Positions 7,226 through 15,551 of a stretch of 64,000 bases of DNA are shown piece by piece. The stretch comes from a virus. The notes under the pieces were generated by a model. It did no database searches, was not told the origin of the DNA, and worked only from the letters and a program-made list of their open reading frames with translations. Each line of letters begins with the position of its first letter. Position 1 is the first letter of the stretch. Where the stretch lies: positions 1-64,000 of IMG/VR virus record IMGVR_UViG_3300027749_000040; one strand, 5' to 3'. The position numbers and the translations under genes are program-made.

Positions 7226-10195
7226 TTATCCCTGTGAATAATTTAATAAATCTGTGTCAACCCTGTTACCAAATTTAATTTTGTCTAATAATTCATCAGT
7301 CTTAGATTCCAACATAACAGTAAACTTCTCTATAATTGAGGAAGAACTATCATCTATATCTTCACTAATTTCTTCTGCATTATCAGATAATAACCCAGTT
7401 TCTTCTACTTTATCAAGCAATTTTTTAATAGCATCAAGTTGATCTTCATTACCTACAAATTCTTTACCATGTAACTGAACAAAGTAACCTTCAGAAGGGC
7501 CACTAAACATTGCACCTTTTTTGGCTGCTTCAAAGTGTACTGGATCTTTTGGAACTGTCTGGAACAATCCTTGTTTATTCATTGCGGCTACTGCATTAGG
7601 ATCTTTGTAATTTTGAATATCAACTGCTAATCCTCGTTCATGCTTACTTCTACCTGGTTTGGCAATAGGCATACCAGAAGGACCTATACCAGGTCTGCCT
7701 GCTTTAACTGACTCGTCCCAAACTCTTTGCTGATCTTCTGGATCACGTTTAGCACTATTAATTGCAATTTTATTACCTGTCATTGAATTAAATGCCTCAG
7801 CTGCCGCAATTATTCTATCCTTGAAGCCGCTAGCAAGTGCATCAAAATTACCCTTACTCCCTGAATTACTACCAAATGATAAAATAGTTGCTGATGATTT
7901 ATTTGATGATCCACTTTCAGAAGTTGTTTGACCTTTTGCAGGTGATTCAGATGAGTTGGAATCTGTTGTTCCAGGAGACATACTTCTTGTTGTAGCACCT
8001 TTTGCAGGTGGCCCGGGAGGTGTAGGTATTGTTGCTCCTGGAGGTAAGTTAGCCGGAGCCGTTTCTTTTTGTTCTTTAGTAACTGTTGTTAATTTTTGTT
8101 CTGTGTTGGCTAAATCTTTATTCATTACTTCTAACTCAGATTTCATTCTAGTAATAAATGCTTTATTAGCTTCTAATTTTGGATCAAGATTTTCAATACT
8201 TTGATTTTTAATTCTAATAGATTCTTTTAATTTTGCAACTTCTTTTTTTAAGTCTAAAGATTGTTCTTCTTTTGAAGCAGGTACTGCAATGCCTTTTTCT
8301 TTTGCCATTTTCTTAGCGGCATCACCAAATAACTCCACAGACTCATTGAATACTTTCATAGCACTTGCCATGGCGAGACCTGCACCGTCCATTTTCTTAG
8401 CGGCATCATCAAGTACCATTGCAGTTTGTTGCTGTTGTTGCGCTACTTCAGCATTTTGTTGAGTAGTTTTATCTTTTGTATTCTTTTTATCGTCTTGTAG
8501 TTTATCCAAATAGTCGCCTACTGACAAACCTTGCTTTGCAGCCTGTTCTTGAAATTCTGCCGATCTTTTAGTAAATTCTTGTGCTTGAGCAAATCCACCA
8601 GTCATTAGTCCACTAGTATCACCACCAAATCTACCTGTGTCTGCCATCATGTTTGCTTGACGCTCGTATCCTTTGGCGGCACGTGTTGTTAACTCTCCGG
8701 TATCTGCACCTTTTTTAATACCCTCAATCAATCCACCTTTACCACCAAATTGATTATATGCTACTGCACTTGCTTGTCCTGTTATACCTTTACCAGCAAA
8801 ATACTCAGCAACTCCAGTTGCTCCTTTAGTATCGCCGGACGCTTGAAGCATTGCGGCTGCTTCATAAGCACGTTTTAATTCTGCTAATCTTGCTTGACCG
8901 GCTGCACTTCTATCTTGCTCAGCCTCAAAAATGGCTGCTCGTAAATTTTCATTAGCCATCACAGTGGCTCTAGCTTCTTCTAATTCTTTTCTGTTTGTGC
9001 CAGTTATCATTGATAGTTTATCCAAATTATCAATATATTTTTTGGCACCGGCAATCTGCTGTTCATCTGACATACCACGAGCAAGACCTAAGCGATCTTC
9101 CTCAGTCATGTATTTCATTATATGTTCACGTTGGGCATCACTATTGATACCCATTAATAAAAATTCTTTATTAAGTTTACTTGTTGGTGCGGCTATAGCA
9201 CTAGCTACTGTTTCAAACTTAGATACACCAATGGCCGCGGTGCCACCGAACAATGCCAAGTTCTTAGAGTTTTCACCTAATAGTTTATTAAACTTTTCTA
9301 TTTCGCCGGCACTTAATCCTACTTTATGAAGCGAATCATAAAGACCGTTCATTCCTTTTGCAGTAGTTAAACCCTTTTCACTTAATGTACCATACGATTT
9401 GTATAAGTCATCATTAAGTTTAGCACCCATCTCAATAAGTTTAGTAGCACCCTCCATTGCGGCGGCGGCTATTGCTAAGGCCGCGCCCACAATCTTCAAC
9501 ATTGGGCCAAGTGGTAATATTAGTAAGGCTGCGCCAATGCCGTATACGGCTTTAGTTACAGAGTCACTGAATTCTTTTGCTCCTTTTGCACCTACACTGG
9601 CACCGCGTTCACCTTTGTAAATAGCTTCTGACATTGCACCAAAAGCCTTTGTTACTCCAGTTAATGCGGCAATAGTTCCTTGTAATGCTACAGCACCACC
9701 AACACTCTTGCCGGTCATCTCAAACATTTTGTCTTGTAACTTCTCAAAGACTCCGCTAAAACTGTTTACCCCGCCTGCTAGTGCTCTAAATTGTTCGACC
9801 GGTTTGTCAGTCGCTTGTACTAGTGCAGATTCTTTAGCAATAGATTTATCTAATTTTGCTAATAATTCTTGCTGACTTATAGAAAGTTCTTCATCAACTT
9901 TAACTTCTTTACCACTTTGGTCAGTAATATATCCGCGGCGTTGAAGTTGTTGCTGATAAAGTGCTTGTTGTTTATCTGCTAACTGTTTAGTTTTACTATA
10001 GGAATTTTCTAATTGATTAGTGACCCCGTCCTGATCTGCGGCAGCTTGGCTATTTTCTTTCATCAGGCTGTCTCTAATTTGAACAGCCATAGGACCTAAA
10101 ACATCTAAGAATGTTTGGTCAGTTTGACGTACAGCAGTGTTTAAATCCGTAAGACCATTGTCTAACTCTCTGACTGTTTGAGGATCCATTGCCAT
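7226..10195 (-). CDS. Tape-measure-like protein with C-terminal M15 (VanY/L,D-endopeptidase-type) peptidase domain
   Basis: Long Ala/Gly-rich helical protein with a hydrophobic segment (GIGAALLILPLG...), a Pro/Ser linker, then NSAKR...SKHERGLAVD...DPVHFE zinc-peptidase motifs. Confidence 0.75.
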   Translation of the reverse strand: MAMDPQTVRELDNGLTDLNTAVRQTDQTFLDVLGPMAVQIRDSLMKENSQAAADQDGVTNQLENSYSKTKQLADKQQALYQQQLQRRGYITDQSGKEVKVDEELSISQQELLAKLDKSIAKESALVQATDKPVEQFRALAGGVNSFSGVFEKLQDKMFEMTGKSVGGAVALQGTIAALTGVTKAFGAMSEAIYKGERGASVGAKGAKEFSDSVTKAVYGIGAALLILPLGPMLKIVGAALAIAAAAMEGATKLIEMGAKLNDDLYKSYGTLSEKGLTTAKGMNGLYDSLHKVGLSAGEIEKFNKLLGENSKNLALFGGTAAIGVSKFETVASAIAAPTSKLNKEFLLMGINSDAQREHIMKYMTEEDRLGLARGMSDEQQIAGAKKYIDNLDKLSMITGTNRKELEEARATVMANENLRAAIFEAEQDRSAAGQARLAELKRAYEAAAMLQASGDTKGATGVAEYFAGKGITGQASAVAYNQFGGKGGLIEGIKKGADTGELTTRAAKGYERQANMMADTGRFGGDTSGLMTGGFAQAQEFTKRSAEFQEQAAKQGLSVGDYLDKLQDDKKNTKDKTTQQNAEVAQQQQQTAMVLDDAAKKMDGAGLAMASAMKVFNESVELFGDAAKKMAKEKGIAVPASKEEQSLDLKKEVAKLKESIRIKNQSIENLDPKLEANKAFITRMKSELEVMNKDLANTEQKLTTVTKEQKETAPANLPPGATIPTPPGPPAKGATTRSMSPGTTDSNSSESPAKGQTTSESGSSNKSSATILSFGSNSGSKGNFDALASGFKDRIIAAAEAFNSMTGNKIAINSAKRDPEDQQRVWDESVKAGRPGIGPSGMPIAKPGRSKHERGLAVDIQNYKDPNAVAAMNKQGLFQTVPKDPVHFEAAKKGAMFSGPSEGYFVQLHGKEFVGNEDQLDAIKKLLDKVEETGLLSDNAEEISEDIDDSSSSIIEKFTVMLESKTDELLDKIKFGNRVDTDLLNYSQG

Positions 10196-10221
10196 ATTAT
10201 ATTTTTGCCCTATTTTTTACC

Positions 10222-10247
10222 ACTAAATATCTTCTAATGTATTTATG
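10222..10247. promoter_or_regulatory. Face-to-face late promoter boxes: ACTAAATA (+, 10222-10229) and CATAAATA (-, 10247-10240)
   Basis: Both lie in the 87-bp gap between the divergent tape-measure and gp26 genes. Confidence 0.6.
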
Positions 10248-10282
10248 AATTAATAAAGTACACACATTTTGGAGAAACTCAC

Positions 10283-11107
10283 ATGGATAATAACCCACTA
10301 AAGCAATATTTTCGTAGACCAGCAATTTATTTAAAACTTCCTAGCGGGGGCAATTATTATCCGCAAGATTCAGTTGATATACCGGTTAACGGAGAAGTTG
10401 CGGTATATCCAATGACAGCAGTTGATGAAATTACTACTAAAACTCCGGACGCATTGTTCAATGGTAGTGCTGTTGTTGAGATTATTAAAAGTTGTATTCC
10501 ATCAATCAAAGATCCTTGGGAAATTCCATTAATGGATCTAGATCCTATACTAGTTGCTATCAGAACTGCAACAAACGGAAATAATATGGATATTACTAGC
10601 AAATGTCCTGCATGTGAAGAAGAAGCAAGTTATGGTATTAATTTGGGCAATCTACTAGGTACATTACAAAAAGGTAAATATGATGAGCCTTTAATTCTAC
10701 AAGACTTGTCATTCAAGTTTAAACCACTAGCATATAAACAAATCAATCGTATTAATCAAACTCAGTTTGAGATACAAACAGTTGTAATGGGATTAGATAA
10801 TATTGAAGATGAAAATCTAAGAAAACAAAAATCAACTGAAACAATGCAAAAACTAAATCAATTAAGTGTTTCATTGGTATCCGAAACTATTGAGAGCATT
10901 ACTACTCCGAGTGCTGTAGTCACTGAAAAAGAATTTATCATTGATTTTTTAAAGAATTGTGAAAAACAGACATTTGAAGCACTACGTAATTATGCTATTA
11001 AGATGCGTGAGGCTAGTGAAATCAAACCATTAAAGATGACATGCATTCACTGTCAGCACGATTACGACCAAAGCTTAATACTTAACCCTACAGATTTTTT
11101 CGTATAA
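10283..11107 (+). CDS. gp26: Baseplate hub assembly protein / tail chaperone (T4 gp26-like)
   Basis: YLKLPSGG, PMTAVDE, D...ILVAIR, two CxxC motifs (CPAC, CIHC), C-terminal DFF; GGAG SD. Confidence 0.85.
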   Translation: MDNNPLKQYFRRPAIYLKLPSGGNYYPQDSVDIPVNGEVAVYPMTAVDEITTKTPDALFNGSAVVEIIKSCIPSIKDPWEIPLMDLDPILVAIRTATNGNNMDITSKCPACEEEASYGINLGNLLGTLQKGKYDEPLILQDLSFKFKPLAYKQINRINQTQFEIQTVVMGLDNIEDENLRKQKSTETMQKLNQLSVSLVSETIESITTPSAVVTEKEFIIDFLKNCEKQTFEALRNYAIKMREASEIKPLKMTCIHCQHDYDQSLILNPTDFFV

Positions 11108-11143
11108 GGCTTCTTACGTTAGATCCTAGCGGAGTACAGAAGC
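11095..11143 (+). promoter_or_regulatory. Putative -1 programmed ribosomal frameshift signal
   Basis: Slippery heptamer T-TTT-TTC (11095-11101), 7-nt spacer, then a bulged hairpin at 11109-11143. Confidence 0.65.
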
Positions 11144-11331
11144 TCATTGATAACTTAGATAAAGAGTCTGAAGATATCAAAAGATCCGCTATCAAACTAT
11201 CTTGGTATATGCGCGGTGGTGCAACCTATGATGACATTATGAATATGTCTGACTTTGAACGAAAGTGTGTGTTGGAATTAGTAGAAGAAAACTTAGAAAC
11301 AACTAAGAAGTCAGGAATGGCTTTCTTTTAA
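11101..11331 (+). CDS. gp51-like domain in the -1 frame of gp26 (probable frameshift extension)
   Basis: Open frame RIRLLTLDPSGVQKLIDNLDKESEDIKRSAIKLSWYMRGGATYDDIMNMSDFERKCVLELVEENLETTKKSGMAFF*. The first ATG is at 11209 with no SD. Missed by the ORF track. Confidence 0.7.
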   Translation, partial: RIRLLTLDPSGVQKLIDNLDKESEDIKRSAIKLSWYMRGGATYDDIMNMSDFERKCVLELVEENLETTKKSGMAFF

Positions 11332-11376
11332 CTATATCCATAATTATTCATTTATCACATCGGGTGTCTCTTGTAA

Positions 11377-11418
11377 AGATGAACTTCGTTCATCTAAGAA
11401 CTCACTTCGTTCGTTCTT
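11377..11418 (-). repeat. Two adjacent GAA-triloop hairpins (likely ssDNA structure)
   Basis: Minus strand AAGAAC-GA-AC-GAA-GT-GA-GTTCTT directly followed by AGATGAAC-GAA-GTTCATCT. Confidence 0.55.
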
Positions 11419-11454
11419 TGTTTTTACGGTAATCAATTCTTTTTATTCTAATCT

Positions 11455-11822
11455 TATACGGATATCATTGCCGATTTGAAGCCATGGTAGTGCAAATTTG
11501 CACTACCCTTGGTGAATGGTTGTTTTGCACGACCGTCATCCATTAGTTGTCTATCCTCATACAATTAGCTATTTCTGCTATCATATGCTACCGGTTACCC
11601 TGTAAAGTTTATAGGCTGTAGTGAAGTCTGTCAATTATCTTTCAATTGACGCTTCGGTAACGCACATTCTGTATCATCAAGACAAAGTAGATACAGACTT
11701 GTTGAAGGTTCGCTTTTGTCGATTGCCTTCTCGGTATTCCATATACATAAATGTATATGCTTGCTCCAGATCCATCAGCTATCTTTCAAGCATCTTCAAG
11801 GAGGTCTGACAAACTCAGACAA
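11455..11822 (-). ncRNA. Candidate large structured non-coding RNA
   Basis: No credible ORF; at least seven hairpins plus a long-range helix (see findings). Family not recognised. Confidence 0.5.
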
Positions 11823-11839
11823 CAAATTTTTACTATATA

Positions 11840-12394
11840 TTAGGTATTGATTGTGAGGATATTATTTGGTTTTGACGTTGTGTCTGTTGATATTGAATAT
11901 GTTTTTAGTAGTTCTGTGTTTAGAGCAAAGAATGAATCAAATTCAAAAATTGTCCAATCACCGTGTTTTTTAGAGGTATAATACACGAAATTATCACTAA
12001 CCCATGTTAGTTTGCTTTGTACAGCAACATAGCGACCTTTGCGGTTAAACTTCATAAACAAAAGATTAACATCATGCGGATCAGCTACATCCATGAGTTG
12101 GTCTATCCAAGCATCGATTACTTTACAATCCCCTGTAAGTAACAAATGAAACGGAAAATCAGCATAAAATTTGCACTCTATATTCATTCGTTTAAATGAT
12201 TGACCGGGTACAACATCGCCCTTGAAAGAACGAATCTGACCTTCATGTAAAAATTCTGTACGCTTTTGATTTTTACCGCCCACATATGCGCCAGATCCAG
12301 GGGCACGAATGAAACTTTCACCATACTTCTCTGAGAGATATTTAGCGATTTCTCGCTCGAAACCTGAACCTTTATTTTTCTGTGGACTTGACAT
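11840..12394 (-). CDS. Holliday junction resolvase (Hjc-like PD-(D/E)xK nuclease)
   Basis: KNKGSGFEREIA..L, F.R.PGSGA, GDVV, NIECKFY. Late-type box GATAAGTA (12409-12402) lies 7 nt before ATG 12394. Confidence 0.8.
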   Translation of the reverse strand: MSSPQKNKGSGFEREIAKYLSEKYGESFIRAPGSGAYVGGKNQKRTEFLHEGQIRSFKGDVVPGQSFKRMNIECKFYADFPFHLLLTGDCKVIDAWIDQLMDVADPHDVNLLFMKFNRKGRYVAVQSKLTWVSDNFVYYTSKKHGDWTIFEFDSFFALNTELLKTYSISTDTTSKPNNILTINT

Positions 12395-12430
12395 AGACAT
12401 ATACTTATCGTGTATTTTTATATCCGTAAT

Positions 12431-14503
12431 TTATTCTACGTCTACCGCAGTGTTGTATTGCGTAAAACCGTTTTCTTTAATTACCTTCAGAACGTTAGGT
12501 ACACGACCTGCTAGTTCCTCTCTGTGTGAAACAAGCCAAATAGATTTTTGTCTACGACGGCTCATGTCTTTGAGAATTGCTAGACTGTTCTCAACACCCA
12601 TAGTGTCAAGACCACTGTCAATCAATTCGTCAATGAACAGCGTGTTTATTGGGCTATACAATGATTCCCAAACATCACGGAAAGCAAAACTTAGTCCAAG
12701 GATCAGTCTGTTGCGTTCACCACGTGAAAGATTATCAAAGTCAAGCTCACGACCCAATTCAGTAATTTCAACTTGCAAGTCATTCTTAAAGATAACCTGA
12801 TGCGGTAAACCAATTTTATCTAGGTAGTGAGTTAATCGTGCATTCAGATAACTTAAATTTTGGTCAATAATCTTCTTACGAACAAAGCTATCTTTGCTGG
12901 TCAATAGGTCAAGTAAAAACTTTTGATGTTCCATCGTTCGTGTTAACTTGTTGATAGCCTCAAAGTCAATTGCTTGTAATGCTTGAGTTTCCATTTCAAT
13001 TACTTGTTCACTATATGGATCAGTCTCTTGTGACTTGTTGTCAATTTGATTTAGAATGTTAGCAATTTCGCTTGAATGCTTTACAGCCTCTATTTCTGTA
13101 TCATAATGAGTAACGGGCTGTGACCCTAAAACAACAGTAGTCAATTCATTTAGTTGTTCACTGAATGGATTAGACTCTTGTTTTTTATCTTCCCATACCT
13201 TCTTCAAGTTAGATACATCACCACTGTGCCGAATAGCTTCTGCTTCTGTTTTATATTTTGGAGTAGGCTTAAGACCCAATTCAACTATCAATGATTGATT
13301 GATTGACAATTTATTTTCAAGATCAACCAAATCAGCACGGGCATTCTCAAGCAGTGTAGTTTTTTCTGTTGTAACTTCTAAATGTTTGTCATCATGGAAG
13401 TCTTGACCACACGCATAACACTTGTGATCTTCTAGTTCTTTAACCTCCCGAAATAATTTATCAATTAATTTTTTTTCTTTTGTGATACTTTTATTTAGGG
13501 TATCGATTATTGTTGCAATAGATTTTTGTTCAGTCTCATCAGCTATCCAATCTTTTAAGTTAGACCATGCTTGTAATTCAGCATCAATGTCATATTCGTT
13601 TTTCAACAAGTAGGCTTTATGTGCTACTGAAACGTCACTATTGTGTTTTTGTTGCCAAGCAGTAGAACGTGCTACTAGTGCATTATAAGTATCCTGTGCT
13701 TCCTTCTGTTTAAGCCAAACACTCAAGTCTTTATGTGCTTGCAGTTCGGCAGTAATATCAATCTTACTTAGTTCATCGTACTGTAGAGCCAAGCTAATTA
13801 AGTCATCATCATGCTTCTTCAACCATAATGTTTGTCTGCGCTTTAATGCATCAATCTGTTCTTTAACACGTTTGTTGGCCTCTTCAATAGCTTTAACAAG
13901 AAATTCTTCACTTTGAATATCATCTTTGCTTTTACGAATCATTTCTTTAATGATCTCAGCTTTTTCAGAAAGCAAAGTGATGCCCATCAATTGTTCAATA
14001 ATATCTTTTTGTTCGTTGTTTTTCAATGCTAAGAATGGTTCGCTATATGTATTCAATACAACGATGTGACGGAACATGTCTGCTGACATATTGATAACTT
14101 TCTCAATCGCAACCTGTGTTTCTTTGTTCTCACCTTGTTGATCCTCAGTAGTTTTTGACTGAACATCATTAACATAGAATTTGAGAATGTTGGGTTTACG
14201 ACCACGCTCAATTTTATAGTTTGTACCATTAACATTGAATGTCAGTGTAACAAGCATGCCTTTACCATTTGTACGATTAACTAAATTATCTTTACGAATG
14301 TTGTTAATGGGGGTACCAAACAAGGCATAGGATAGTCCTTGAATCAATGTAGTCTTACCAGTACCATTACGAGCACCGTCACCACCTAAATCTAAGTTCT
14401 CACCTAAAATAAGTGTTAAGTCTTTCTTGTCAAAGTCTACTGCTTGTGTTACTGCGCCGATACTTAAAAAATTGCGTAATGTTATGTCTTGGAGGGTAAT
14501 CAT
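12431..14503 (-). CDS. gp46: Recombination ATPase subunit, SbcC/Rad50-like (T4 gp46)
   Basis: NFLSIG, Walker A NGTGKTT, CYAC zinc hook, signature LSRGE, Walker B FIDE..DSGLD, VSH. Confidence 0.95.
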   Translation of the reverse strand: MITLQDITLRNFLSIGAVTQAVDFDKKDLTLILGENLDLGGDGARNGTGKTTLIQGLSYALFGTPINNIRKDNLVNRTNGKGMLVTLTFNVNGTNYKIERGRKPNILKFYVNDVQSKTTEDQQGENKETQVAIEKVINMSADMFRHIVVLNTYSEPFLALKNNEQKDIIEQLMGITLLSEKAEIIKEMIRKSKDDIQSEEFLVKAIEEANKRVKEQIDALKRRQTLWLKKHDDDLISLALQYDELSKIDITAELQAHKDLSVWLKQKEAQDTYNALVARSTAWQQKHNSDVSVAHKAYLLKNEYDIDAELQAWSNLKDWIADETEQKSIATIIDTLNKSITKEKKLIDKLFREVKELEDHKCYACGQDFHDDKHLEVTTEKTTLLENARADLVDLENKLSINQSLIVELGLKPTPKYKTEAEAIRHSGDVSNLKKVWEDKKQESNPFSEQLNELTTVVLGSQPVTHYDTEIEAVKHSSEIANILNQIDNKSQETDPYSEQVIEMETQALQAIDFEAINKLTRTMEHQKFLLDLLTSKDSFVRKKIIDQNLSYLNARLTHYLDKIGLPHQVIFKNDLQVEITELGRELDFDNLSRGERNRLILGLSFAFRDVWESLYSPINTLFIDELIDSGLDTMGVENSLAILKDMSRRRQKSIWLVSHREELAGRVPNVLKVIKENGFTQYNTAVDVE

Positions 14504-15516
14504 AGGTTGTTATAAATGTCCAAAAGAATCTTCTTATCAAAATTATTTGATTCAATACTGTTAATTTGGTCAATGATGATTTGATCTACACTTTCAAACT
14601 TTAACCCATCTGCTGTTTGACCATTTTCATTTGTTTCTAATTTCATTGGTATCAATGCCATCTCTCTTAGTTTATGTTCTGGTATCCATGTCTCACGCAA
14701 GAAGTTTGCTTCCTCATATGAGATTTCAATATCAAGATGTACTCTAACATGACTGTCAATCAATAGCAAGCCCTCAGGGTTTTCTAATATATCACTTAGT
14801 TTGTGTACACGAAAAACAGGCTGTCTAGGCCATGTATGAAAAACGGGTTCACTACCCCATTCTAGTATCATCATACCACGTGCATCATCACCTGCATCAG
14901 CATAGTTATGTGGGAAAGCATTACCGATGTACCAAATGTTCTTTCGTGCTTGGCGTTTGTGAAAGTGACCTGAGAATACTTTTTCAAAACCACTCAATTG
15001 ATTTTCATTAATCTCACCGTGATCGGGCATTTCAATCATAGCGTTCATATGAAAATAAGGTAGTTCAAAATGACCAAACATATATTTGCCACTCATCTTT
15101 TGTAGTTTCTTATAATCATCTTGTACGAGCCAGGGTGCAATGACTACATCTCCTTCTTTGAAGAAGTCATTGATGATCTTAACGTTTGGTAAATGTTTAG
15201 CCCACTCAACACTATGAATGTCCCTACGGTCACGATAATAAAGATCGTGATTGCCTGGTATAAAATATACAGTATCAAAGCTAGCATTTAGTTTTTCCAG
15301 GGCCTGTAGCCCAAATTGTAATGTATGAATATTAATACTTGCACGATGATGGTTGTAATCGCCCAAGAAGAAACAAGTTTCACATCCCTCACTCTTTGCT
15401 TTTTTGATGAACCAATCTACAAAATCGGAACAGTCTTGGTTGTGTTGTAAGCTGTTAGACTTCAATCCAAAATGAATATCAGTGAACACAGCGGCTTTTT
15501 TGAATAGGTTGTTCAT
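14500..15516 (-). CDS. gp47: Recombination nuclease subunit, SbcD/Mre11-like (T4 gp47)
   Basis: Metallophosphoesterase motifs DIHFG, GD, GNHD, GHFE, SGHFH. Confidence 0.95.
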   Translation of the reverse strand: MNNLFKKAAVFTDIHFGLKSNSLQHNQDCSDFVDWFIKKAKSEGCETCFFLGDYNHHRASINIHTLQFGLQALEKLNASFDTVYFIPGNHDLYYRDRRDIHSVEWAKHLPNVKIINDFFKEGDVVIAPWLVQDDYKKLQKMSGKYMFGHFELPYFHMNAMIEMPDHGEINENQLSGFEKVFSGHFHKRQARKNIWYIGNAFPHNYADAGDDARGMMILEWGSEPVFHTWPRQPVFRVHKLSDILENPEGLLLIDSHVRVHLDIEISYEEANFLRETWIPEHKLREMALIPMKLETNENGQTADGLKFESVDQIIIDQINSIESNNFDKKILLDIYNNL

Positions 15517-15522
15517 TCGTAT

Positions 15523-15551
15523 ATTATAGTGTTTAAATTTTGTTAAATCAA
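15523..15551 (-). promoter_or_regulatory. Sigma70-type promoter immediately upstream of gp47
   Basis: TTGATT-17 nt-TATAAT; the ATG lies 6 nt after the -10 box. Confidence 0.55.

Noticed and set aside
11095-11101. gp26/gp51 split as a sequencing error or pseudogene
   Set aside because: A canonical heptamer, a correctly spaced hairpin and the typical DFF terminus favour programmed frameshifting. A homopolymer error cannot be fully excluded without reads.
11349-11356. GATAAATG on the minus strand as an antisense late promoter into the gp51-like frame
   Set aside because: Mismatch at the otherwise invariant last position in an AT-rich context; likely chance.
11621-11809. 62-aa plus-strand ORF in the structured gap
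   Set aside because: GTG start without SD, no recognisable motif, and it runs through multiple hairpins; a non-coding explanation fits better.
11455-11822. Group I/II intron, RNase P, tmRNA or tRNA identity for the structured region
   Set aside because: No interrupted gene, and no P7, domain V, RNase P P4 or tRNA-like end consensus recognised. A lone GTGCG is insufficient.
12309-12800. 163-aa antisense ORF over gp46 and the resolvase, plus the many other antisense ORFs (e.g. 4599-4901, 8931-9329, 17193-17579, 24018-24374, 48610-48987)
   Set aside because: Shadow frames of well-supported genes, explained by codon bias; no SD or motifs.
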